Assembly (NCBI GenBank): GCA_963703955.1
Contig: CAVPGK010000017.1
Coordinates: forward strand, 288,001 to 352,000
DNA: 64,000 nucleotides
From: Nitrospirota bacterium
Lineage (GTDB): Bacteria; Nitrospirota; Nitrospiria; Nitrospirales; Nitrospiraceae
Direction: 5' to 3'
How positions within the stretch are numbered: position 1 is the first letter of the stretch; each line of letters starts with the position of its first letter. This document shows, piece after piece, positions 42,454-52,075 of the stretch. Both the position numbers and the translations under genes were made by a program. A model generated the notes under the pieces. That model did not search any database and was not told the origin of the DNA. It saw only the letters and a list, made by a program, of their open reading frames with translations.

Positions 42454-43371
42454 ATGCACATCGTCGTGACCGGAGGGACGGGGTTCATCGGTCGGGCCCT
42501 GTGCGCTTCGTTGTTCCAGGATGGCCACCGAGTCACCATCCTCACGAGAGATGCGAGAGAAGCATCGCAGCTGTTGGGGGCGATCGTGACGGCGATCGAG
42601 TGGAATGGCCGAGAGGCGGGAGCCTGGGAGCAGTGTCTCGAAGGTGCCGATGCCGTCATCAACCTCGCTGGTGCGCCGATTGCCGATGCTCGCTGGACCA
42701 ATGCGAGGAAGCGACTCCTCACCGAGAGTCGAGTACTTACCACTCGCCTACTCGTCGAGGCCATGTCCAGCCGGTCGTCGAAACCTCGGACACTCATCAG
42801 CGCTTCCGGCATCGGCTACTACGGGGCCAGTGACGATCATGTGCTCGATGAGGGCGCGGCGCGCGGTCAGGGTTTTCTTGCCGACCTGTGCCTCGCATGG
42901 GAAGCAGACGCGCTGCGGGCGGCGGAGTTCGGTACGCGTGTCGTGCTGGTACGAACCGGAATGGTGCTCGAACATGATGGCGGCGCGCTGCCGAAGATGC
43001 TGTTGCCGTTTAGGCTTTTCGCGGGCGGCCCGATCATGCCGGGAACTCAGTGGGTCTCCTGGATCCATCGGCGCGATCACATCGGGTTGATTCAGTGGGC
43101 GATTACGACTCCCAACGTCTCCGGTCCCGTCAATGCCGTGGCACCTGGTCCTGTGACGATGAACACGTTCTGTGAAGATCTCGGGCGCGTCCTCCACCGG
43201 CCCTCCTGGCTTCCGGTACCGGGTTTGGCGCTGAAAGTTGTGCTGGGGGAACTGGGAACGCTCATGACGACCGGTCAACGGGTCAATCCTACGAAGGCGC
43301 TGGCCGGCGGCTATGTCTTTCGGTATCCGACGCTGGAACCCGCACTACGAGCAATTCTCACGAAAGGATAG
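42454..43371 (+). CDS. TIGR01777 family NAD-dependent epimerase/oxidoreductase (YfcH-like)
   Basis: TGGTGFIG, INLAG..I...RW, SASGIGYYG, WIHRRD, PVNAVAP. Confidence 0.93.
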   Translation: MHIVVTGGTGFIGRALCASLFQDGHRVTILTRDAREASQLLGAIVTAIEWNGREAGAWEQCLEGADAVINLAGAPIADARWTNARKRLLTESRVLTTRLLVEAMSSRSSKPRTLISASGIGYYGASDDHVLDEGAARGQGFLADLCLAWEADALRAAEFGTRVVLVRTGMVLEHDGGALPKMLLPFRLFAGGPIMPGTQWVSWIHRRDHIGLIQWAITTPNVSGPVNAVAPGPVTMNTFCEDLGRVLHRPSWLPVPGLALKVVLGELGTLMTTGQRVNPTKALAGGYVFRYPTLEPALRAILTKG

Positions 43372-43384
43372 AGGAGCGTCTGAA

Positions 43385-43855
43385 ATGGTGTCGCTGATCG
43401 AATATCTTCACTTGCTGGCCGCCGCCGTTCTTGTCGGCAAGGTCGTGCTCTTGTCTTTCGTGGTGGCGCCTATTCTTGCGAAGAATCTGGAGCGAGAGCC
43501 GTTCGGCAAAGTCGTGCGCCAACTGTTTCCGGCTTATTATGCATTGGGAATGGGGACGGCGATGGTGGGACTAATCTCCGTGGCAGGGCTGGGGCTGATC
43601 CGCGGCATGAGTGGGGCTCTGCTTGTCGCCGGTGGGACTTGGCTCCTCATTTTCGTGGCCGAAGCCTATTGCCGATGGCCGCTGACGCCGCAGAGTAATG
43701 CGATGAGGGATCGGCTCAAGGAGCAGGAATCACGGGGAGCTGTCGATCCCGCTTTGCAGGCCGCGTGGAATCAATTGCATCAACGGTCAGTCTATCTGAA
43801 CTCACTCGTGCTACTCGCGGGACTGTGTTTACTCGGTCTGGCAAGTCGATTGTAG
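43385..43855 (+). CDS. DUF4149/TMEM205-like membrane protein
   Basis: 4 TM; SFVVAP..., LFPAYY, LHQRSVYLN. Confidence 0.82.
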   Translation: MVSLIEYLHLLAAAVLVGKVVLLSFVVAPILAKNLEREPFGKVVRQLFPAYYALGMGTAMVGLISVAGLGLIRGMSGALLVAGGTWLLIFVAEAYCRWPLTPQSNAMRDRLKEQESRGAVDPALQAAWNQLHQRSVYLNSLVLLAGLCLLGLASRL

Positions 43856-43874
43856 GTCACAAGGAGGAACGCAC

Positions 43875-44328
43875 ATGAGGATCAAGGGAATCCATATCGG
43901 CGGCAGGTGTGATGATGGGCCTTCTGTTGACCGGTGCGGCCGGGGCTGCTGACCAGCCCGTGAGCCTGGCTCCGTATGCGAATGGAGATGATGCCAAGCT
44001 GCCGATCGGCGTGATCGGCGTGTCGCTCCAGGTCGGGGCTGAGCGTATCGGTGATCCAGCGGTGCTGTATGTCGGGATGGTGCATCCGGAGGGACCAGCT
44101 CACCAAGCAGGGCTCAGACATGGAGATGAGGTCGTGACCGTGGATGGGACGACGGTGACGGGGAAGAGTTATGAGCAGGTGGTCAAGATGATCCGGGGAG
44201 AAGCGGGAACCATCGTGAAGTTGGGGGTCAAAGGTGACGGAGGAAATCGGGAACTTTCCATCACACGTGTGGCCAGCGATAAACTCCCGAAGGATCCGAC
44301 GGGATCGCACGGTGGTCCTTCTAGATAG
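43875..44328 (+). CDS. Secreted single-PDZ protein (frameshift in signal peptide)
   Basis: GVIGV, GPAHQAGLRHGDEVVTVDG, IRGEAGT; the ATG at 43875 with AGGAGG RBS is out of frame with the PDZ ORF at 43909. Confidence 0.8.
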
Positions 44329-44337
44329 GAGTTCATC

Positions 44338-45123
44338 GTGGTGAGTCACATCAAAATCGTAGCGTTGTTCGGGCTGCTCATCCTGTTGGGCGGAGGGTCG
44401 GCATTCGCTGAACCAAGCCGTCCACTGTCCGGCCAGATTCATTCGAACGTCACTAGGATGGATCTGTATCTGGCTGCCGGCGACTACCGGCGTGCGCTCG
44501 AGACCTGCCAGCGCGAGATCGACGACGCGCCGTCGGCTGCAAGCTACATCCACCTCACCTATGTGTATCAGGCGATCGATGCCTATTTAGAACATCTATC
44601 GCAGGAAGAGCGGTGGATGGCCGTTGAGCACCTGTATCTCAATCTTGCGTACCGCGACACCGAAGACTTCGTCGATCCTCCGGGAGGACTTGCCCGCATG
44701 GCCAAGGAAATGATCCAGGCGAGCGGGGATATCAAATTGTTGGGCGGGTTGTTCCTGATCGTGGGGGCCGTGGACCTCGTCATCATCGTATTGTTCCCCT
44801 TCTACGCCTTGAAACTCTTCGGGACAGCCGTGACCGGTTCTTTGTCGTTTCTGGTTAAACTTCACTCCCCCGCCGTGCATTTATTGATCGGGTACGGATT
44901 TCTTGCGTCCCTGGGCCCTGGGGCCTCAGCCTGGGGCGTATGCGGGATTCGGGATAGTGAGCGAAGCGATGAATCAACTCGCCCTCGGATTCCACATGGT
45001 CCGTTCAAAATTCATCGCGACCACCGCTTTGTTCGTCATCTATTTGTTCTGGCGCCGGCAACTCTTCACTGATCAGCCGGCTATGACGACCACCAGGCCG
45101 TCTGTTCGGAAGGATCGCACTGA
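44338..45123 (+). CDS. Apparent chimera: secreted helical protein N-part fused to a small membrane protein, with further frameshifts
   Basis: Abrupt switch from soluble TPR-like sequence to TM segments at MIQAS|GDIKLLGGLF (about 44725); the hydrophobic frame continues in ORF 44903. Confidence 0.55.
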
Positions 45124-46568
45124 TGCACGGTATTGTGTGGCTCAGACGGGACCTCAGGCTCTCCGACCAGCCGGCCCTGACGGCGGCCTGTGAGGCATGC
45201 AGCGAAGTGATTCCTCTCTTTGTGTTCGACGAGCCGCTCTTGCAGTCCCATGTCTTCGGCTCCGCCTGCGTGAACTTCATGCTCGGCTGCCTACAAGATT
45301 TGGCTGCGTCGTTGGCCGGTCGAGGCGTCCCGCTCCAATGGCGTCGCGGAGAACCAGTGCAAGAAGTTGTTCAAGCCGCACGTGAATGGAAGGCGGACGT
45401 CGTCTATTGGAATCGCGACTACGAGCCGGGGGCGATCGAGCGAGACCGCGCGGTCCAACACCGACTCGCAAAGATGGGCGTGGTGGTCCGCACGTTCAAG
45501 GACCACGTCGTGTTTGAAGGGGAAGAAGTCGTCGGGGTAACCGGTGATCCGATGCAGCGCTACGGCGCCTATCGCGCACGCTGGTGGGTCAAGTGGCAGG
45601 CGACGAAACCGCCGGTGCTGCCCATTCCCAAAACGTTAACGGCTGAAAAAGCTTCGTTCCTGCCCTCCCCTCGTCCAATCCCCACGGCTGGTGAGCTGGG
45701 GTACGAGCTGGTCACGCCCTGGATCGAGGCTGGCGAGCGAAGCGCCCGGAAGCGGCTGGGCTGGTTCATCGAAGGGCCGATTCATACCTATGTCAACGGC
45801 AGGAACCTGCCGGCTATCGATGGGAGTTCACAACTCTCTCCCCACTTTCGATTCGGAACGCTTTCGCCTCGTGCCGCGATCCATGCCGCCTTGGCCGCTC
45901 TCGCGAAGGGTGGTCGGGTTTCGAGAGCCGACGTCCTGACGTGGATTGATGAACTGGTGTGGAGAGAATTCTTCCAGCAAGTATTGTCGGCGTTTCCGCG
46001 CGTCGTTGACGGTCCATTCCGTCACGTTGCAGTCCCTCCTGCCCGTGTTCCAGGGTTGGAACGGGACCGGCTGTTTCAGGCCTGGTGTGATGGGAAGACC
46101 GGCTATCCGATCGTGGATGCGGGCATGCGCCAACTCAACAGGACGGGCTGGATGCATAACCGTGTACGAATGATCGCGGCGTCATTTCTAATCAAGGACC
46201 TTCGGATTGACTGGCAGAGCGGTGAACGCTATTTCATGCAGCACCTCATTGATGCTGATGTCGCGGCCAACAACGGTAACTGGCAGTGGTGTGCCTCGAC
46301 CGGCACGGACGCGATGCGAGGGCATCGTATTTTCAACCCGGTTCTGCAAAGCAAGAAGTTCGATCCGGACGGAATCTACATCCGTGAGTACGTGCCGGAA
46401 CTGGCGAAGGTCGCGAGCAAATGGATTCATGCGCCGCATCTGATAACCCCGAACGAACAAGTTCGATATGGTTGTCGTATCGGGGTCGACTACCCTGCGG
46501 CCATCGTGGATCATCGGCAAGCCCGCCAGGAATATTTGGATCTCGGCAAGCAACAGGTGACGAGATGA
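45123..46568 (+). CDS. phrB: Deoxyribodipyrimidine photolyase (class I-like)
   Basis: WLRRDLRL.D.PAL, SQLSPHFRFG, WREFF, GWMHNRVRM, NNGNWQW, RIFNP. Confidence 0.95.
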   Translation: MHGIVWLRRDLRLSDQPALTAACEACSEVIPLFVFDEPLLQSHVFGSACVNFMLGCLQDLAASLAGRGVPLQWRRGEPVQEVVQAAREWKADVVYWNRDYEPGAIERDRAVQHRLAKMGVVVRTFKDHVVFEGEEVVGVTGDPMQRYGAYRARWWVKWQATKPPVLPIPKTLTAEKASFLPSPRPIPTAGELGYELVTPWIEAGERSARKRLGWFIEGPIHTYVNGRNLPAIDGSSQLSPHFRFGTLSPRAAIHAALAALAKGGRVSRADVLTWIDELVWREFFQQVLSAFPRVVDGPFRHVAVPPARVPGLERDRLFQAWCDGKTGYPIVDAGMRQLNRTGWMHNRVRMIAASFLIKDLRIDWQSGERYFMQHLIDADVAANNGNWQWCASTGTDAMRGHRIFNPVLQSKKFDPDGIYIREYVPELAKVASKWIHAPHLITPNEQVRYGCRIGVDYPAAIVDHRQARQEYLDLGKQQVTR

Positions 46569-47518
46569 CGACCGCGACGCTTCGTCTTGGGATCAGCCGT
46601 TGTCTCCTCGGAGACGAAGTCCGGTTCGACGGGGGACATAAGCGGGACAATTTTCTGACGGACGTGTTCGGTCGCTATGTGGAATGGGTCCCCGTCTGTC
46701 CTGAAGTCGAAGCCGGACTCGGTACTCCTCGGGAAGCGATGCGGTTGGTTGGTGATCCCCGCCATCCCCGTCTCGTGACAATCAGAAGCGGAAACGATCA
46801 CACGCAGGTGTTGGTGACGATGACTGCAAAGCGCATCGAAGAACTCAAGGAGCTGGACCTCTCCGGGTATGTGTTCAAGAAGGATTCACCGAGCTGCGGC
46901 GTCGAACGAGTCCGTCTCTACAATGAGCAAGGGATGCCTAGCCGGAACGGGGTCGGGGTATTCGCGCGGGCCTTTATCGAGCAATTCCCGCTGATTCCCG
47001 TTGAGGAGGAAGGGCGGCTCTGTGATCCTCCGCTCAGGGAGAATTTTATCGAGAGGGTCTTCTGCTACCGTCGATTCCAGGGTCTTGTGCAGAACGGGAT
47101 CACGAGACAGGCTGTGGTGCGGTTTCACACGATCCACAAGTATCTGCTCCTCTCCCATAGCCAGCAGCACTACCAAGTCCTCGGGCGGCTAGTCGGTCAA
47201 GCGGAGCACCACCGTCCCAAGGAGCTGGCCTTAAGGTATGGGGAACTCTTCATGAAGACGTTGGCCGTGAAGGCGACGGTGCGCAAGCACGTAAATGTGT
47301 TGCAGCACATTCTGGGCTACTTCAAGGACCGATTGGGCGATCAAGAGAAAGCGGAACTGTTGGGCGTGATCGGCGATTATCATCGAGGGCTCACGCCCTT
47401 GATTGTCCCTCTCACACTGATCAAGCACTACGTTCAGGTCTTCGATGTCGGCTACATTCGCGACCAGGTGTATCTCAATCCTCACCCGAAAGAACTCATG
47501 TTGCGAAACCATGTGTAA
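46565..47518 (+). CDS. ybgA: DUF523-DUF1722 protein (YbgA/RudS-type thiouracil/4-thiouridine desulfidase)
   Basis: SRCLLG..VRFDGGHK, VCPEVE.GLGTPRE, SPSCG (three Fe-S Cys), FH..HKYLL, NVLQHILGYFK, YLNPHP; ATGA overlap with phrB. Confidence 0.92.
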   Translation: MTTATLRLGISRCLLGDEVRFDGGHKRDNFLTDVFGRYVEWVPVCPEVEAGLGTPREAMRLVGDPRHPRLVTIRSGNDHTQVLVTMTAKRIEELKELDLSGYVFKKDSPSCGVERVRLYNEQGMPSRNGVGVFARAFIEQFPLIPVEEEGRLCDPPLRENFIERVFCYRRFQGLVQNGITRQAVVRFHTIHKYLLLSHSQQHYQVLGRLVGQAEHHRPKELALRYGELFMKTLAVKATVRKHVNVLQHILGYFKDRLGDQEKAELLGVIGDYHRGLTPLIVPLTLIKHYVQVFDVGYIRDQVYLNPHPKELMLRNHV

Positions 47519-47921
47519 GTGTTGAAAGGAGTCGGATGATGGGGAAGGAAGTCAAAGCACAAACATCTACTCCCTCCTTGTTTGGTTATTTGGGACTCGG
47601 TGATAAGGGAGGGATAGCCAAAAGACTGCGATAGGGCAACTGAGGAAGTGGTTCCAATGCTCGACATGTTATGGAGAGCGCGGGAGGGACAGGATCGTGT
47701 CTAGGGAGTTTCGGGCAAGCGTCGGGCTGTCGCTAAGCCAATTGCGGACCGCATCGTCTTTGTCTCCATGACCCATCGTCGGGCGGTAGAGAGCAGGACC
47801 GACGATTCAGGTGCCACTAGTGGCACTGGCTTTGTAACTACGCGATACTAAAAGGGACGAAAAAGCACTAAAACGAGGCTGATTCTACCTAAGTGATTGA
47901 TATAAAGATGCTTTTTATTGT

Positions 47922-47959
47922 CTTGGCAAGGCGATGCTCTACCACTGAGCTATTCCCGC
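47922..47959 (-). repeat. att site: displaced 5' half of tRNA-Gly
   Basis: CTTGGCAAGGCGATGCTCTACCACTGAGCTATTCCCGC is identical to 35734-35771. Confidence 0.95.
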
Positions 47960-47983
47960 CCCTAAGTTCCCTGAAGAGCAGCG

Positions 47984-48012
47984 ATTCTACCGAGCGGGTC
48001 ACTTCAAGTCAA
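47984..48012 (-). promoter_or_regulatory. Sigma70 promoter in front of the tRNA 5' fragment
   Basis: Minus strand TTGACT-17 bp-TAGAAT, 24 bp upstream of the fragment's 5' G. Confidence 0.75.
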
Positions 48013-48517
48013 GCCGTGATGGCACTGTCTAGTCCCCCACATCAAACTTGAAGAAGAGAGCTGTTTCGTATGTACGAACCATGTATGTTTCCAGAAAGTA
48101 ACAGGAGGATTCTTTTATAAGCATCGTAAATCGTTTGATAATTTCAAGAAGACCCATTATGCACCGGGTCGTGTGGCACCTCATCTACTCAATGCCCCAT
48201 TCTACAGGTTAGCGGCCTCCGAGTATCTCATCGTTTTATCTAATCCATTCAGTGTCTTACGAATATTATCCGTTACGGCTCGTTATGGTTCTCATATTGC
48301 TTCCATTTCTTGTTCTTGTACGCCGCGTTTTTGTTCGGCTCTTACAAGTCAGAAGGCACGAGGAAGGCATAAGGATGGATGTGATGAAAGAACAGAGGCT
48401 TGGAAGGGTCGGAATCGGCAAATCCTTAGGAGCAAGGGAGGTGATAGGACACGCAGAGCGGTTGTTTCGTCAGATCGTTAGGCTGGAAAGCCGGCGTTCA
48501 ACTCAGGAGGTGTCACG

Positions 48518-51500
48518 ATGTTTTTGTCACGGCGGCAATTCTTAAAGGTATCGGCGGGAACGATGGCGGCAGCGGCGATTGCCGATCAGGCATTGGCGTT
48601 GACGGCGCTGCAGCCGGTCATCGAGGTGGGCAACCCGCTCGGCGAGTACCCGGACCGGTCCTGGGAGCGGGTCTATCACGATCAGTACCGGTATGACTCG
48701 TCGTTTACGTAGTGCTGCTCGCCGAATGACACGCACGCCTGTCGCGTTCGCGCCTTTGTGCGCAACGGCGTGGTGATGCGGGTGGAGCAGAACTACGATC
48801 ACCAGACGTATGAAGACCTGTACGGGAACCGCGGCACCTTCGCGTGGAATCCCGCGCATGTGCTTGAAGGGCTACACGTTTCATCGGCGGGTGTACGGGC
48901 CGTACCGGTTGAAGGGCCCGATGATGCGGCAAGGCCTGGAAGGAGTGGGTCGATGACGGGCTGCCGGAGCTGTCTCCGGAAGTGAAGACGCAAGTACAAG
49001 TTTGAGCCGCGGCACTGGACGACATGCTGCGGGTGTCCTGGGATACGGCGTTTACGTACCTGGCCAAGGCGCCAGGTGAAGATCGCCGAGCGCTACAGCG
49101 GGGAAGCCGGGCGCGCGGCGGCTGCGCGAGCAGGGGTATCCGCCGGAGATGATCGAGATCCATGAAGGGCGGCGGGCGTCCGGACGCTTCAAGTATCGGC
49201 CGGGCATGGCGGTGTTGGGCATCGTCGGCAAGATCGGGATCGGCCGCATGTCGGATGCGAATGCTCGCCCTGTTGGATGCCTAGATTCGCAAGGTTGGAC
49301 CGGACCAAGCGCAGTCGGCGGCCGGTACTGGTCCAGCTATACCTGGCACGGCGATCAAGACTCCGTCGCATCCTTTCTGGAACGGGATGCAGAACTCCGA
49401 CATCGACCTCGTCCGACATGCGTTTCTCCAAGCTGCACACGAGCTGGGGCAAGAACTTCGTCGAGCACAAGATGCCGGAAGCGCACTGGATGATCGAGTG
49501 CATGGAGCGCGGGGGCCGGCTCGTCGGTCATCACGCCGGAGTACAATCCGACGGCCTCGAAGGCGGACTACTGGATTCCGGTCCGGCCCGGAGTCGGATG
49601 GCGCCCTCTTCCTGGGGACCTGCAAGATCATCATCGACGAGAACTTGTACGACGCGGACTTCTGCAAGCAGTTCACGGACATGCCGATCCTGGTCCGGAC
49701 GGACACGTTGCAGTATCTGGACCCGCGGGACGTGATTAAGGACTACAAGCCTTCCGGATCTGTCCGAAGCGCTATTCGGGAAGGTGCAGGCATCAAGCGG
49801 AGCGATTACCGCGAGCGGCTGGGCGACTTCATGGTGTGGGACACGGCGAAGAACCAGGCGGTGCCGCTGGATCGGGAGCAGGTGGGCTGGCACTATGATG
49901 AAGGCCGGGATCGATCCGGCGCTGGACGGGCACGTACCGGGTCAAGCTGCTGGATGGCAACGAAGTGGACGTGATGCCGATCTTCCAGATGTATCAAGAT
50001 CCACGTGCAGGACTTCGACCTGGACACGACGCATCAGATCACGAACTCGCCGAAGGACCTGATTGTGCGCTGGGCCCGGGATTCCGGGACGATCAAGCCG
50101 GCCGCGATTCACAACGGCGAGGGCGTCTGCCACTGGTTCCACATGACCGCGAACGGCCGCGGGGCGGCCATGGTGCTGATCATCACCGGCAATGTGGGCA
50201 AGTTCGGCCCGGCAGCCATACCTGGTCCGGCAACTACAAGACCGGAGCGCTGCATGGCGACGCCGTGGTCCGGGTACGGCATTAACGCCGTGCAACGGGC
50301 GAGGATCCGTTCGAGTTGAACCTTGATCCGAACGCGCACGGCAAGGAAATCCACACCAAGTACGTACGACTATGGCGAAGAGTCGGCGTACTGGAACCAT
50401 GGCGATCACGGCGCTGATCGTGAACACCCCGAAGTACGGGCGCAAGGTGTTTACCGGCAAGACCCACATGCCGTCGCCGACGCAAGTGCCGATGGATGGT
50501 CAACGTGAACGTGCTCAACAACTCGAAGTACCACTACGACATGGTCAAGAACGTCGACCCGAATATCGAGTGCATCGTGGTCCAGGACCTTGAGATGACG
50601 TCCGACGTGAACTATGCGGACGTGGCCTTCGCGATCAATTCCTGGATGGAGTTTACCTATCCGGAGATGACGATCACGTGCTCCAATCCCTGGGTGCAGA
50701 TCTGGAAGGGCGGCATCAGGCCGCTGTACGACACCCGCAACGACCTGGATACCGCATGCGGGCGTGGCGCAGAAGTGGACGGAGATGACCGGCGATCAAG
50801 CGGATTCAGCAGACTACTTGCAAGTTCGTGATACAGAACCAGGTGGACGTGTACGTGCAGCGGATGTTGGATGCCTCCAGCACGTTCTACGGCTACAACG
50901 CGAAGACGATGCTGAAGTCGGAGAAGGGCTGGATGGTGATGACGCGGACCTATCCGCGCGTGCCGTTCTGGGAAGAGATCAACGAGAGCAAGCCGCAGTG
51001 GACGCGATCGGGCCGGTTCGAGAATTACCGGGTCGAGCCGGAGGCGATCGAGTACGGGGAGAACTTCATCGTGCACCGGGAAGGACCGGAGGGCACGCCG
51101 TACCTGCCGAATGCGATTTTCCGACCAACCCGTACATTCGGCCGGATGACTACGGGATTCCGATCACGGCGCAGCATCATGACGACAAGCACGTGCGCAA
51201 TACTCAAGCTGCCGTGGCAGGAAATCCGGCGCACATGCCAACCCGTTGTGGGAGAAGGGGTATCAGTTCTACTGCGTGACCCCGAAGACCCGGCACCGGG
51301 TGCACAGCCAGTGGTCGGTCAACGACTGGATGCAGATGTATCGAGTCGAACTTCGGCGATCGCGTACCGGATGGACAAGCGGACGCCGGGGGTCGGCGAG
51401 CATCAGATGCATGTCAATCCGAGGCCGCGAAGGACCGGGGCATCAACGACGGCGACTACGTCTATGTGGACGCCAATCCGGTCGACCGGCCGTATCGCGG

Positions 51501-51998
51501 GCTGGAAGCCGAGCGATCCGTTCTACAAGGTGAGCCGGTTGATGATCCGGGCAAGTACAATCCGGCGTTCCCGTACCACGTGACGATGATGAAGCACGCG
51601 CCGTACGTGGCGACGGCGAAGTCGGTGAAGGGGCACGAGACCCGGCCGGACGGGCGGGCGATCGCGGCGGATACCGGCTATCAGAGCAACTTCCGGTACG
51701 GGGCGCAGCAGTCGTTCACGCGGTCCTGGCTGATGCCGATGCACCAGCTGGACTCGCTTGCCGGAAGAAGAACACGCCGTGGCGCTGGAAGTTCAAGTGG
51801 GGTTTCAGATCGGATCAACCACGCGCGTCAATACGACGCCGAAGTCGAATGCTTGGTCCGCATCACAGAAGGCGGAGGACGGGGGCATCGGGGCACGGGG
51901 CCGCTGGGAGCCGGTGCGGACCGGGTTCACGCCGTCGCAGGAGAATGAGTTGGATGCTCAAGTGGCTGAAGGGGGAGCACATTAAGATCAAGGTCTAA
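48518..51998 (+). CDS. nxrA: Nitrite oxidoreductase alpha subunit (Nitrospira periplasmic type); heavily frameshifted as given
   Basis: Tat signal MFLSRRQFLK; CSPNDTHAC FeS motif; YTWHGDQ, TPKTRHRVHSQW, YGAQQSFTR, ...KGEHIKIKV* found across frames; in-frame TAG at 48710. Confidence 0.95.
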
Positions 51999-52075
51999 GG
52001 ACTGAGTCACGAGGACTGGCGCAGAGAGCCGCCACGGCAGCACCAGTCCTCGCATACGGTAACGGAGGAGAAACC

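Larger units (their letters stand above)
35734..47959. mobile_element. ~12.2-kb genomic island integrated at tRNA-Gly; no integrase recognised
   Basis: 38-bp exact direct repeat at 35734-35771 and 47922-47959; IHF-consensus and AGTGGCA motifs just inside both ends. Confidence 0.88.

Noticed and set aside
48174..48189. Possible sigma54 promoter for nxrA (TGGCAC-CTCAT-CTACT)
   Set aside because: The -24 element fits but the -12 TTGC is absent; not supportable as written.
48173..48545. Short ORFs upstream of nxrA
   Set aside because: No motifs, overlapping frames; likely promoter/leader sequence.
48710..48712. In-frame TAG in nxrA as pyrrolysine or readthrough recoding
   Set aside because: It falls at an expected Trp (TGG) codon in a region full of other errors; no recoding signals seen.
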